Below, one piece after another: positions 9,387-19,921 of a stretch of DNA of 53,971 nt; position 1 is the stretch's first letter; every line of letters starts with the position of its first letter. Both the position numbers and the translations under genes were made by a program. This DNA comes from an uncultured Stakelama sp. (GTDB lineage Bacteria > Pseudomonadota > Alphaproteobacteria > Sphingomonadales > Sphingomonadaceae). The notes beneath the pieces are model-generated. The model made no database searches. It was given only the letters and a program-made list of their open reading frames with translations, and was not told the origin of the DNA. The stretch is taken from NCBI GenBank assembly GCA_964638925.1, contig CAZWZP010000001.1, positions 1 to 53,971 of the forward strand, read 5' to 3'.

Positions 9387-11077
9387 CGCAACTGCTCCTG
9401 GCCGCAAAACGCATCGACCGGACTGACCCCGGTAAAGGATGCCTCGCCCACCAGCCGTTCGGCGAGCGCAACCTGGACTTCGGGCAACAGGGCATAGGCG
9501 TTGATGTAAGTTCCGAAATTCGGCGCGTCATAGAGATAATAAGGCTGGCCGAACGAGATCAGCGCGGTCGGAATCTCACGATTGAACTGGATCATCGCAT
9601 TACGCGGCCCGCCATGGAGCTTGGCGAAATCGAGAAAGATATGGCTGAGCGAAGGCGTCGCTTCCTGGCCGATCAGGTAAAGGATCAGGTCGGTATCTGC
9701 GCGGGTAGGCATGGCTTCGGGATCGAAACTGCGGACATCGAAACCGCGCGCTTCGAGGGCATGGCGCAACGGCGCAAAATCGCGTTCGGGCGCGCCCGAA
9801 AAGAAACTGGTCCCTTCATCGGATATCACCACAACGCGGCGATGATGCTGTGCATCGAGGGGCAGTAGCGCATCGCGATCTTTGACCAGCGTCAGGCTGG
9901 CCTGTGCCGCGCGCATGGCCGTGCGCAAATGGTCCGGTCGCCGCAACGCCTCACGCACCTGATCGAGCGGCGCAATCCGCTCGTCGAGTGACATCCGGTG
10001 CAGACCAAGAGCAGCCTTTAGCGACAGGCAGCGCGTGACCGCTTCGTTGAGACGCTGTTCTGAAAGCCGCCCATCGCGCAGCCCCTGCAGCATCAACGCC
10101 ATGTCCCCCGCCGGATCGCGGCTGAACAGAAACACATCACACCCGTTTTCGATGACTGCGGGAACCGCTTCAGCGCGTTCCATCCAACTAGTGAGTCCCC
10201 CCATCACCGTCGCGTCGGACACGATCAGGCCTTCAAAGCCCAATTGTCCGCGCAGCAGTTCAATGTTGAGCAGGCGAGAGACCGAGGCTGGCTCAAATGC
10301 CAGCCGGCCAACATTCGGCAGGTGCGCACGAATATAGGCGGGCAGCGCGATATGCGCCGACATGATCGTCATCACACCATCGTCGATCAGCGTCTGGAAA
10401 ATGCGGCCAAAGGTCGCCTCCCATTCCGCCAGATTCATATCGTTGACGCTGGTGACAAGATGCTGGTCGCGATCGTCGATGCCATCGCCTGGCCAATGCT
10501 TGGCACAGGCCGCAACACCCTGCCCCTGTAATGCGCGGACATAGGCGCGCGCATGGTCCAGTATCTGTGCTGGGTTCGACCCATAGGATCGGGTGCCGAC
10601 CACGGCATTGCGAAAGGCGCGGCTAATATCGACGACCGGCGTGAACGACCAGTTATAGCCCAAAGCACGGCTTTCGCGTCCGACAATGGTTGCGAGCGCG
10701 ACGCTCAGATCAAGGTCGTCACACGCCGCAATTCCCATCTGATTGGGGATGGCGGTGGTAAAGGGGTAGCTGATCGATCCGCCCTCAATATCGCCCGACA
10801 GAATCAACGGAACGGCCGATCGCTCCATGGCATCGCGCGTGGCGGACCAGGCGGCGTTGAGATCATGGGTCGGAAACCGGTGGAGCCCGCCCGGCTCATG
10901 CGCGAGCAGGTCCGCATTTTCAGCGACGCTGTCCTCCCGTGACGACAGCACGAACAATTGCGCGATTTGCGCCTTGATGCTCAACGAATCGCGGGTGCGT
11001 TCAACCCAGCGCTGGTCCTGCGGCGCCAGTGCGAGGGGGCGTTTGCGCGGCGCGGCAATCTTCGACGTCGAGTTCAT
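9380..11077 (-). CDS. GH3 glycosidase (NagZ/Nag3-like), cytoplasmic
   Basis: DIEGG, FTPVVD, TRSYG, KHWPGDGIDDRDQH, MSAHI, IVSDATVM; no signal peptide. Confidence 0.92.
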   Translation of the reverse strand: MNSTSKIAAPRKRPLALAPQDQRWVERTRDSLSIKAQIAQLFVLSSREDSVAENADLLAHEPGGLHRFPTHDLNAAWSATRDAMERSAVPLILSGDIEGGSISYPFTTAIPNQMGIAACDDLDLSVALATIVGRESRALGYNWSFTPVVDISRAFRNAVVGTRSYGSNPAQILDHARAYVRALQGQGVAACAKHWPGDGIDDRDQHLVTSVNDMNLAEWEATFGRIFQTLIDDGVMTIMSAHIALPAYIRAHLPNVGRLAFEPASVSRLLNIELLRGQLGFEGLIVSDATVMGGLTSWMERAEAVPAVIENGCDVFLFSRDPAGDMALMLQGLRDGRLSEQRLNEAVTRCLSLKAALGLHRMSLDERIAPLDQVREALRRPDHLRTAMRAAQASLTLVKDRDALLPLDAQHHRRVVVISDEGTSFFSGAPERDFAPLRHALEARGFDVRSFDPEAMPTRADTDLILYLIGQEATPSLSHIFLDFAKLHGGPRNAMIQFNREIPTALISFGQPYYLYDAPNFGTYINAYALLPEVQVALAERLVGEASFTGVSPVDAFCGQEQLRW

Positions 11078-12783
11078 TGCGGCATTTCGGTGAAGGCATC
11101 GTCATAGCGGGCGCGCTTGGCGAACATTTCTAGCGGTTCGGCCAAGGGCGGCGTGCTGTATTTGCGCGCTTCCCGCCACCAAAGCGCCTGGAGTTCCTTC
11201 AGCTTGGCCGGGTAACGCGCCGAAACATCTGTGCTCTCGGCGTAATCATTTGCAATATCGAACAATTCCCATTTGTCCTTGGCAAAATCTGATCCATATT
11301 TGTGCATCGCAACGGCGCGCCAATTGCCCGCCGTGATCGCGCGCTGGCCGCGCAGTTCGAAATACTGGACCGCGCGGGTCTTCGCCGCCGGATTACGGAA
11401 TGTGGCGCGGATCGACTTCCCGGCGACCGGAATCTGGATCTGTCCATTGACCGTCCGAGCAAAGCTGGCGTCGGCTGCATCGAGCAGCGTGGGTGCCAGA
11501 TCCACCGCATCGACAAACTGAGTGCGCACGGCACCCTGATCGCGAATGATGGCAGGCCATGAAATGATCAGTGGCGCACGCACACCCCCGGCGTAGGGCC
11601 ATGCCTTGTAGCGGCGAAACGGCGTACCCCCTGTCCAGGCCCAGGGGCGGGGATATTGGGCGTGCAACGTACCCGATCCGATTTCGTCGATCCGTGCGCG
11701 CTGTTCGGCGATGCTGAATTTTCCGACGCGGTACATTGTCTCGAAACTGCCGGTCGGACCGGCTTCCGATGCGGCACCATTGTCGGATAGCAGCACGATG
11801 AGCGTATTGTCATACTGGCCTGCTGCTTTCAGCTGCTGGATTACTCGACCGATCTGTTCGTCGGTATGTTCTAGGAACCCGGCATAGGCCGCCATGTGAC
11901 GTGCAAAGACCGCTTTCTCGTCATTACTTAGGGTATCCCAGGCACGATCAGATGGTGCGCGGGGCGTCATCATTGTGGCCGACGGGATGATACCGATCGC
12001 CTTCATCCGGGCAAATCGTTCGGCCCGGATCGCGTCCCAACCCTTTTCATAAACGCCACGATAGCGCTCGATATAGGCTGGCGGGACCTGGATCGGCGAA
12101 TGGGTCGCACCCAAGGCGAAATAGAGGAAGAAGGGCTTGTTCGACGGCCCGCTGATATCAGCGATAGCGCGATCGGCCATGTCGGCGGTGAAATGATAGT
12201 CCGGCTTGTCGGGCTTTGGCACCTTGCGGTTTCCATCAATCAGATCGGGGCGAAACTGATCGGTCCAGCCAGTGTAGAACCCATAAAAACGATCGAACCC
12301 GCGCTGTAGTGGCCAAGACGCATTGTTGCCGGGCGACCCATCTTCATATTCCGGACCCAGGTGCCATTTGCCGACGCCATAGGTGCGGTAGCCCGCCGCC
12401 TTCAGCGCCTGTGGCAGCATTTGCGCGTTCCCCGAAATCTCGCCCCGGTCGCGGGTCGGGTCGTCTCGACGGGTAACGGTGGGCAGATCCGCCATCTGAA
12501 CGGTCTGATTGTTGCGACCGGTCAGCAATGCCGCGCGGGTTGGTGAACACACCGCCTTGGTATCGAACCGGTTGTAACGCAGGCCGCTTGCCGCCAACGC
12601 ATCAATGTGTGGCGTGCGTATTTCGGAGCCATACGCGCCCAGATCGGAAAAGCCGGTGTCATCCAGAACGATCAGGACGATGTTCGGGCGGGCGGGCGTG
12701 GGGGATTTTGGGGCCGCGATTGCTCCCGACCAGGCCAGCCCCGCGCTCAGCACCGATGCGGCAAGGAAGAAACGCTTGTTCAT
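11074..12783 (-). CDS. Exported arylsulfatase (Cys-type S1)
   Basis: Signal peptide from MNKRFF; NIVLIVLDDTGFSD, CSPTRAALLTG, GKWH, SDNGA. Confidence 0.92.
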   Translation of the reverse strand: MNKRFFLAASVLSAGLAWSGAIAAPKSPTPARPNIVLIVLDDTGFSDLGAYGSEIRTPHIDALAASGLRYNRFDTKAVCSPTRAALLTGRNNQTVQMADLPTVTRRDDPTRDRGEISGNAQMLPQALKAAGYRTYGVGKWHLGPEYEDGSPGNNASWPLQRGFDRFYGFYTGWTDQFRPDLIDGNRKVPKPDKPDYHFTADMADRAIADISGPSNKPFFLYFALGATHSPIQVPPAYIERYRGVYEKGWDAIRAERFARMKAIGIIPSATMMTPRAPSDRAWDTLSNDEKAVFARHMAAYAGFLEHTDEQIGRVIQQLKAAGQYDNTLIVLLSDNGAASEAGPTGSFETMYRVGKFSIAEQRARIDEIGSGTLHAQYPRPWAWTGGTPFRRYKAWPYAGGVRAPLIISWPAIIRDQGAVRTQFVDAVDLAPTLLDAADASFARTVNGQIQIPVAGKSIRATFRNPAAKTRAVQYFELRGQRAITAGNWRAVAMHKYGSDFAKDKWELFDIANDYAESTDVSARYPAKLKELQALWWREARKYSTPPLAEPLEMFAKRARYDDAFTEMPQ

Positions 12784-12856
12784 TTCGCCGCACTTCCTCT
12801 CGCAGGCTGCGGTGCGGCGGTCGGAGTCCGCCGCACCGCAGATCATAACCTTCCAA

Positions 12857-15256
12857 TCAGAACTTCACGCCAAGGGTCGCACCGAAATAGCGGTCCGCAT
12901 CCTTGTTGAACGTGCCGACCAGATCGAAATTGCCCCCCAGAAACGAGGTATGCCCGATACTGGTGAGATAGTTTTCATCGAACAGGTTCTTGACAAAGAC
13001 GGACAGGCTGTAACGGCCATCAATCTGCTTCACGCCGATGCTGGCGTCGACGATCGTGTAGGCAGGCTGCTCCAGCAGCGGATCCTGCTCGACCGAGAAG
13101 TTCATTGCGCTCTGGAAGTTGACGCTGAACTGCACGAATCCGGCAAAGTCGGTTCCGGCAAATTCCGTTTCATAGCGCGGCGCGATACTGATCTTCCACT
13201 TCGGGCTGACCGGCAACGTCGCGCCGCGGAGGTTTTGCGTCGGCGTAACGCCAGCCGCCGTGCGATAGCAAATGTTGGTCGGCTTCCCCGTCAGAATCGG
13301 GGCTGCAGCATTAAACTGCTGCGGGCAGTTCAGGCCGTCAATGTCGATCCTGGCATCCGAATAGGTGACGGCACCAATGAAACTGAAATGGTCGTTGGGA
13401 CGCACCGTCGCCTCGATCTCAAAGCCCTTGGTACGCGACGCACCAGCATTGGTCGAGACGAACTGCACCACGCCAGCGTTGATGTCAGAGCGGTTCGCCT
13501 GCACCTGCAGATTGGTGTAATCGGCGAGGAACAGGGCGCTGGCGATGCTCAGGACGCCATCCGGGGTGCGGCCCTTGAAGCCGATTTCATAGGCGTTGAC
13601 ATGTTCCGGCTCCAGCACACTCTGCGCAGCCAGATTGGCTCCGATCTCCATTTCATAGCCCAGCCCCTTATAGCCGCGCGTGAAGCTGGCATAAACCTGC
13701 GCGTCCCGGCTGAACTCATATTGCAGACCGGCCTTTCCGGTGACTGCGGTATCATCGGCGGTGATCGAACCGCTGACCGGAGCGTTGCCCGGCAGGACGG
13801 CATCGCCCGGCACAAATGGCGAGACGCGACTGCCGCCGTTGGTGCCCTTCTCATATTGCACGCGCAAACCACCGATTGCCTTCAGGCCACCGGCGATGCG
13901 GTATTCGACCTGGCCGAATGCGGCAAAGCTGTCCTGCTTCAAACGGATGCTGCTCGCTGACGATTGGTAGACCGTGTTGGCCGGCGCGCAAGGCTGGCCA
14001 AAAGTGCCGGCAGTGCAGCGCACGCGGCGGCGGTCAAATGGTCGCAAAATGTCCGAGTGCATGTAGAACACACCAGCGACATAGTTGAAGTCACCGCCGC
14101 CATTATTGGCGATGCGCAGTTCCTGGCTGAACGCGCTCAGATCCAATCGTCCACTGTTACGGCTCCAGTCGGCATAGGCCGCAGTCGATCCCACGAACAG
14201 TGGTACGGCGCTGTTGATGCGCTCGATCGGCTGGTTCACGTCGAGATAGTAGCTCTGATAGGCCGTGATCGACGTGAGTGTGGCACCGCCAAGGTCCAGA
14301 TCCGCCTGAAGCGAATAAGTCTGCTGATCGCTGTTCGAATAGGTCACCGTCTCATCATTGAGCGTGCGGTTCTCGCGGGTCGCGTTGATCGGACCGACGA
14401 GCGTCTGCAAGTTCGGGTTGGTGATCGCAATCCAGGTCGATGCGCAGCAATCGGCCTCAGTCTTGCGATACTCGGCGGCCAACATGAAGTTGAGATTTTC
14501 GGTTGCGTCCCATTCCAACTTGCCACGCACACCCCAGGATTTTGATCCATTGTCCCAATCATTGGTGGCGATGTTGCGCGCGACGCCGCGCACATCATTG
14601 TAAAAGCCCGTGACGCGTGCACGCAGCGTGTCGCTGAGCGGCCCGGACACGGTACCGCGGAGACGATACTCGCCATATTCGGCAATTGTAGCTTCAGCCC
14701 GACCTTCAAAATCGCGCGATGGGCGCGCCGTGGTCACACTCACAACGCCAGCCGTCGCATTCTTGCCGAATAGCGTGCCTTGCGGCCCGCGAAGCACTTC
14801 AACGCGCTCGATATCGGCCAGGTCGGTAAAGCCCTGCGTTTGCCGAACCGCGACAACGCCATCGACGACGGTCGAGACCGACGCTTCGACGCCCTGCCCG
14901 AACAGGGCGGTGCCGATGCCGCGGATGCGGAAGCTGGAATTGGTTGGGGTCGCGCCCTGCTGGAACGTCAGTGATGGCACCGCCTGAACCAGCGAGGCAC
15001 TGTCGTTGATCTGACGGTCAGCCAGGGTGTCGGAGGTTACAACGCTGACGGCGAGTGGCACATCCTGAAGGCGTTCAGTCCGCTTCTGCGCGGTAACGAC
15101 GATTTCGCTTGTATCGCTTTCGCCCGCTACATGTTCCGGGGATGCCGCCGGGTTGCTGTCTTGCGCATACGCCGGAGCAGCCTGCACAGCGAGGGCCGCC
15201 ATAATGCCGAGCATCGAAGTTCCCGACAGGCACCGCAGATTCGTAAAAGCGCGCAT
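12857..15256 (-). CDS. TonB-dependent receptor
   Basis: EIVVTAQKR TonB box/plug, ERVEVLRGPQGTLFG, C-terminal F. GGGGGA RBS before ATG 15256. Confidence 0.96.
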   Translation of the reverse strand: MRAFTNLRCLSGTSMLGIMAALAVQAAPAYAQDSNPAASPEHVAGESDTSEIVVTAQKRTERLQDVPLAVSVVTSDTLADRQINDSASLVQAVPSLTFQQGATPTNSSFRIRGIGTALFGQGVEASVSTVVDGVVAVRQTQGFTDLADIERVEVLRGPQGTLFGKNATAGVVSVTTARPSRDFEGRAEATIAEYGEYRLRGTVSGPLSDTLRARVTGFYNDVRGVARNIATNDWDNGSKSWGVRGKLEWDATENLNFMLAAEYRKTEADCCASTWIAITNPNLQTLVGPINATRENRTLNDETVTYSNSDQQTYSLQADLDLGGATLTSITAYQSYYLDVNQPIERINSAVPLFVGSTAAYADWSRNSGRLDLSAFSQELRIANNGGGDFNYVAGVFYMHSDILRPFDRRRVRCTAGTFGQPCAPANTVYQSSASSIRLKQDSFAAFGQVEYRIAGGLKAIGGLRVQYEKGTNGGSRVSPFVPGDAVLPGNAPVSGSITADDTAVTGKAGLQYEFSRDAQVYASFTRGYKGLGYEMEIGANLAAQSVLEPEHVNAYEIGFKGRTPDGVLSIASALFLADYTNLQVQANRSDINAGVVQFVSTNAGASRTKGFEIEATVRPNDHFSFIGAVTYSDARIDIDGLNCPQQFNAAAPILTGKPTNICYRTAAGVTPTQNLRGATLPVSPKWKISIAPRYETEFAGTDFAGFVQFSVNFQSAMNFSVEQDPLLEQPAYTIVDASIGVKQIDGRYSLSVFVKNLFDENYLTSIGHTSFLGGNFDLVGTFNKDADRYFGATLGVKF

Positions 15257-15324
15257 AGTCCCCCCCTGTGATGCTGCCGGAGCATGTTCCGGCATTGCAA
15301 ACCGACCGTGTTATCCGGCCTACT

Positions 15325-15384
15325 TGTACCGGTACATGTTTCGCGCAACGCCGGAAGTCAACCGTTATATGTAACGGTACATAT
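15325..15384. promoter_or_regulatory. Two LacI-type operators
   Basis: Perfect palindrome TGTACCGGTACA (15325-15336) and near-palindrome ATATGTAACGGTACATAT (15367-15384), both with a central CG, between the divergent TonB receptor and LacI genes. Confidence 0.75.
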
Positions 15385-15480
15385 TTTTGGAGCCGGGGGC
15401 GCGGAGCGTTTGGAGCAGGTACAATTTGCGATTGTGAGGCAGAGGAACTTGGCTATGCAGACGGTCAATGCGGGGCATGA

Positions 15481-16527
15481 ATGGCAAAGCCAATTAACAA
15501 AAACATCACGATAAGGACGGTTGCGGAACTCGCGGGCGTTTCGCCGATGAGCGTTTCGAATGTGCTCAACAACCGGCACAAGGTGCGCGAAAGCACACGC
15601 CTTGCAGTGATGAAAGCCGTCAAGGCACTCAATTATTCGCCAAACCCTGCGGCGCGGTCGCTTGCCGGTTCGGGTACGACCCGGATCGGTCTGATCTATC
15701 GTAATATCGAGAACGCCTTCCTCAGTTCGATCCTGCTCGGCAGTCTGCGCACCACGAACCAGATGGGCGCGCAGCTATTGCTGCAGCCGCTGGAGTGCGG
15801 CGATACGAACGAAATTCGAAACGGCATCGACACGCTGATCAATATGGGCGTACAGGCGATCCTTGTCGCACCACCTTATTGCGAAATTGCCCATGCCAAC
15901 GGTCTGACGGTCGATCTGCCGGTGCCGCTGATCGCAATGTCCCCGGGGGATGATCTGGCTGACGAATACTGTATTCGAATCGATGATTTTGCAGCCGCCC
16001 GCGACATGACCGAATATCTGATCGGACTAGGTCATCGCGATATCGGATTTATCCGGGGGGCCGAGCATCATCTGATTAGCGATACGCGGCGCGACGGCTA
16101 TCTTGCTGCGCTTGCCCATGCCGGGATCGCCTCCCGCCCCGAATTGATCGTCAATGGCGAAATGACGTTTGAATCCGGGCTGGACGCGGCGCAGACGCTG
16201 CTGGCGTTACCCGACCGCCCCACCGCCATTTTCGCGAGCAACGATGATATGGCAGCGGCCGTGATCTCGCTTGCGCACCGTCGTGGTCTCGACATTCCAC
16301 GCGATTTGTCGGTTGCCGGATTCGACGATACCCCCATCGCAATCAAGATCTGGCCCGCGCTCACCACCGTCCGCCACCCCGGCGCAGACATCGCGTCGGA
16401 AGCGGCAACGCTCGCAATCATGCTGGCGCGAGGGGGGGCGACACCGGTGCGGGAAGCGATCCGCCTGAATTATCAACTGGAGATCCGGGGATCGACCGCT
16501 CCGCCAGGTTCGAGCCAGACAGGCTGA
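15481..16527 (+). CDS. LacI family transcriptional regulator
   Basis: TIRTVAELAGVSPMSVSNVLN HTH, YSPNPAARSL hinge, PTAIFASND, SVAGFDD, LTTV. Confidence 0.96.
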   Translation: MAKPINKNITIRTVAELAGVSPMSVSNVLNNRHKVRESTRLAVMKAVKALNYSPNPAARSLAGSGTTRIGLIYRNIENAFLSSILLGSLRTTNQMGAQLLLQPLECGDTNEIRNGIDTLINMGVQAILVAPPYCEIAHANGLTVDLPVPLIAMSPGDDLADEYCIRIDDFAAARDMTEYLIGLGHRDIGFIRGAEHHLISDTRRDGYLAALAHAGIASRPELIVNGEMTFESGLDAAQTLLALPDRPTAIFASNDDMAAAVISLAHRRGLDIPRDLSVAGFDDTPIAIKIWPALTTVRHPGADIASEAATLAIMLARGGATPVREAIRLNYQLEIRGSTAPPGSSQTG

Positions 16528-16620
16528 ACTGATGGGGTAGCCCGCTCCGCCAGCGCAACATCGCGCCGGTGAGGCATCATATAATGCCATGGCCAGTTCG
16601 CCCGCATCGGAAATACTTTA

Positions 16621-17808
16621 TCACTTCTCGGCGGGTCTGAGCTGGCGTGAAATTTCGGTCTGTCCGTCAACCATTTTCCGGACGCGTTCGAGAGCCTTGT
16701 TAATCATGGGATCGGGACGCGTGGTCAGGGCGTCGGCCTTGGCAAGGAAATTCAAAGCGGTCGTCGGATCCTCCGGAACAAGAACCTCCTGGCAGACCCC
16801 GAGATTGAACAGGAGGTTGATGCTGCCCGTATTGGCGGGGGTGTTCATGCTCTCCCAGTCGCTGCACGCACGGTCGAGGCGCTTGGCCTTGGCGAATTCA
16901 GACGCACTGCGGAACTTAACCTGATCCTCTTTGCTCAGCTCAGGCGCACGCTGTTTGAATTCGACCACGATCTTAAAGTTATAGGGTGATACGTCGTAAC
17001 GAATGGCATCTGCGACTTCAGACCGAACGCTTGTCAGCAGTCCGGCATCGGTCGAAATCTGATTTTCCTCACTATCCGCCTCGTTCGGATTCTTCTTGGT
17101 CGTTCGCTTGAACATGTCGCCCAAGGTCTTGCCAAAATTGCTGACCGCATCGGCCACGGTACCCTGGAACTGAACCTGACCGTCACACAGGATGTAGTTT
17201 CCGCTCTTTGCGACCGTCCGGGAATAGACGATCTGCCCGGTCGCCACGTTGATGATCCGCGGGGTCACCGAATAGTTGATGGTGGTGTCGACGCAGGCGA
17301 CCGGCACCTGCACCATGTCGCACTTTCCCTCGCTGTTCTTCTTGCAGACCGACTTGGTCTGGGTGAAGTTGCGCCGACTGATCACTGCGCCGGTGACCTC
17401 ACCGGTATAGATTGCGGAAACGCCCAAACGCTGGCCAAGGCGCACCGCTGAAGCAACTTCGCTGCTCGGGCCGACGACCGCAACCGGGGCAGCACCCTTG
17501 CGCCCCTTCGTCCGTGGTGGCGGAGTTGGTGCCGGCGGCGTGTAGTTCATTCCTTCCAGGGTTTTGACCTCGAAATAGGGTCGCCCATCCAGAGTCGATG
17601 AGCGCAGCGCGCCGACAAGGGCGCTGGTGAACGCCTCTCCCTCGACGCCGCGGAACGGCAGAACCGCGAGCGAGGTCAGTTTTGCCGCTTCTCGGTTTTT
17701 CGCCGGGAAGCGGGCGTCATATTCGACCTTCTGCGCGAGCGCGGACGGCACGACTGCGATCAGGCCAAGGCATAGCAGCATTTTACTACAGGGCATGGGC
17801 GCGCTCAC
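16621..17808 (-). CDS. Exported protein with CsgG/LpoB-like alpha/beta domain and C-terminal TPR-like helices
   Basis: Signal peptide ending ALA-Q; LAVLPF and PRIINVATGQIVYS fold signatures; LLFNLGVCQE TPR-like. Start uncertain. Confidence 0.6.
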   Translation of the reverse strand: MSAPMPCSKMLLCLGLIAVVPSALAQKVEYDARFPAKNREAAKLTSLAVLPFRGVEGEAFTSALVGALRSSTLDGRPYFEVKTLEGMNYTPPAPTPPPRTKGRKGAAPVAVVGPSSEVASAVRLGQRLGVSAIYTGEVTGAVISRRNFTQTKSVCKKNSEGKCDMVQVPVACVDTTINYSVTPRIINVATGQIVYSRTVAKSGNYILCDGQVQFQGTVADAVSNFGKTLGDMFKRTTKKNPNEADSEENQISTDAGLLTSVRSEVADAIRYDVSPYNFKIVVEFKQRAPELSKEDQVKFRSASEFAKAKRLDRACSDWESMNTPANTGSINLLFNLGVCQEVLVPEDPTTALNFLAKADALTTRPDPMINKALERVRKMVDGQTEISRQLRPAEK

Positions 17809-17814
17809 TCCGGG

Positions 17815-19122
17815 CTAGGGTCTTAGAATGGCCGTCGTCTGACTGACCCCGCGCTGTACCGTCAGGCGAACCGCCGCTTTGCCAGTCAGCGCATCGGCCA
17901 GGGTCTGCGAAGCGCCGCGAGTCATGTCGATTACCTCGCCGTTGATGCGGATGATCAGGTCGCCGCCAAAGACGCGGCCCTGGGCTGGCGAGTTAGGCTG
18001 GACCGTGGTGATCCGGATGCCTTGCACTGCCCCCGTTTCGCGTCGCACCACGATGCCCAGCTTCGGCACCAGTTCCGGCGCATCGCTGATGACCGGCGCA
18101 GCGGCGACGGATACCGTCGCAGGCGCCGGCAGTTGGGACAGGTCGTGAATCCGCTCTCCGGCAAGACCAAAATATCGCCCCTTGGGATAACGTTCCTGAT
18201 ATCTTCGACAAGGAGCGGCGGTGACACTGCGGCTGCACAACTCCCAGGCCGCCGTCTCCAGATCAGCCCCGGCTCCCGCCTCGGCAGGAGCCGGTTCGGA
18301 GCGCACTGCCGCTGTCGTTACCGTTGCCGCGCTGAACATCCAGTCAGGCTCATCGAATATGCCCTGCTGATCGGGTGCCTGTTCGGACCCGGTTCGCTGA
18401 CGCACTTCGCGCGAAATTCGGCTGGGAAGCGAGCTTAGGCGCAGCGCAGGCTCGCGAATCAGCGTGGCGAGCGAGGCGGCGAACGGGCTGTTGGCCTGGC
18501 CGACGCCATCGGCGGCGGTTTCCCCCGGCTGGGTGGCCATCAAAACGACGACGTTGCCGGCGGCCTCTCGCGCCAGGCCACGACTGCCGAAACTGCGCCG
18601 GCCGGTGGCCCAACCACGACTCGCCTTGAAGGGATTGTTGCGGCACGCATCGAGGATGACCATCCGGACGGTGCGGGCCGGACTGACGACATCGGCGATC
18701 GCCGCCGCGCGAATAGCCTCGAACTGCAGATCTTCGGGTGCACTTCCGACGACGGTGGTGGGCAGCAGCCAATTGACCCCGTCGACCTCGACACCATGGC
18801 CGGCGAAATAGACGACCGCCACATCGGCCTTCTGCGCCTTGAGCCTGAAACGCGCGATCGACTGGCCGAACTGCGCGTAATCCGGGTCGATCACCTCGGT
18901 CACGTCAAAGTTGGTCGCGCGCAACGACTGGGCGATCAGCCGGGCGTCCTTGGCGGGGTTGGCGAGCGGCTGGACGCTTTTGTAGGAAGAAACACCGATC
19001 ACCAGCGCGACGCGCACCTCGGCGGCGCTCGGCACAGAGGCGCAGCAAAAGAACGCCAGTGCAAAAAAGAGTCGTAAGAAAAACACGACGCCCCCAGAGT
19101 CCGATTCCCCATACCGGACCAA
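17815..19122 (-). CDS. Exported caspase-like (peptidase C14) protease with C-terminal PDZ domain
   Basis: RVALVIG, LANPAKDA, YFAGHG (His), ILDACR (Cys), NSPF; PDZ segment VQPNSPA...GDLIIRING. Hydrophobic signal peptide; start uncertain. Confidence 0.9.
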   Translation of the reverse strand: MVRYGESDSGGVVFFLRLFFALAFFCCASVPSAAEVRVALVIGVSSYKSVQPLANPAKDARLIAQSLRATNFDVTEVIDPDYAQFGQSIARFRLKAQKADVAVVYFAGHGVEVDGVNWLLPTTVVGSAPEDLQFEAIRAAAIADVVSPARTVRMVILDACRNNPFKASRGWATGRRSFGSRGLAREAAGNVVVLMATQPGETAADGVGQANSPFAASLATLIREPALRLSSLPSRISREVRQRTGSEQAPDQQGIFDEPDWMFSAATVTTAAVRSEPAPAEAGAGADLETAAWELCSRSVTAAPCRRYQERYPKGRYFGLAGERIHDLSQLPAPATVSVAAAPVISDAPELVPKLGIVVRRETGAVQGIRITTVQPNSPAQGRVFGGDLIIRINGEVIDMTRGASQTLADALTGKAAVRLTVQRGVSQTTAILRP

Positions 19123-19284
19123 ACAAGACTATCGGTTCACAACGCTCGATTCAACTATGCTGCCGGTGCATCGCACGATTATTGTTGCATGGAGCGTAAT
19201 TCATACGTTTTCGGCGCGATGCCGGCTCGACAGGATCAGGTGACATTCGCTACGCTTGTTGGGGCTACCGAGAGGGGAAGGCAG

Positions 19285-19905
19285 ATGCAGGCGCGCAACA
19301 TGCTCATGGGGATGATGGCGCTCACGACGCTAACGGCGACGGCGGCGTCCGCGCAGGACATGTCGGCCGAGGAAATCCGTGCCAATATCGCAGCGCAGAT
19401 TCGCGCCAAGGAACAGGCCGATCGCCCAGCAGCGGCCACACGTGGCCTGAAGCTCAACAATCATCAGGATGCCAAGGAGCCGCTCTATCCCAAGCCCGCG
19501 CCGGGCGGCAGCGCGTCGGCGCCGGCCCCTGCCCCGGATCCCGCCGCTGCTCCAGCGTCAGTACCCGCACTGGATCTGACGATCGGCTTCGATACCGCGT
19601 CCGATCGCATCCGGCCCGATGCAGCACCCACGTTGCAGAAAATGGCGGCAGTGCTCGGCGACGCGAGCCTGAACGGACATGTTTTCCTGATCATCGGCCA
19701 TACCGACAGTCGCGGTGGTGCCGATTACAACCGCGCGCTTTCGCAACGTCGCGCGGCGTCGGTTGTCGCGGCACTGGTCAATCTTCAGGTGCCCCGCGAT
19801 CGCATCGTGCCGCTAGGCATGGGTGAGGATCAGCCGCGTCAGGTCGACGGGCGCGCGCCGACCGATGCCGAAAACCGCCGGGTACAGATCAAATTGCTGC
19901 GTTAA
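19285..19905 (+). CDS. OmpA-family peptidoglycan-binding protein, exported
   Basis: Signal peptide; IGFDTAS, IIGHTDSRG, YNRALSQRRA, NRRVQI. Confidence 0.92.
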   Translation: MQARNMLMGMMALTTLTATAASAQDMSAEEIRANIAAQIRAKEQADRPAAATRGLKLNNHQDAKEPLYPKPAPGGSASAPAPAPDPAAAPASVPALDLTIGFDTASDRIRPDAAPTLQKMAAVLGDASLNGHVFLIIGHTDSRGGADYNRALSQRRAASVVAALVNLQVPRDRIVPLGMGEDQPRQVDGRAPTDAENRRVQIKLLR

Positions 19906-19921
19906 GGACTGAACGCACACG

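Noticed and set aside
12605-14545. Plus-strand ORFs of 451 and 193 aa
   Set aside because: Antisense to the TonB receptor and sulfatase genes.
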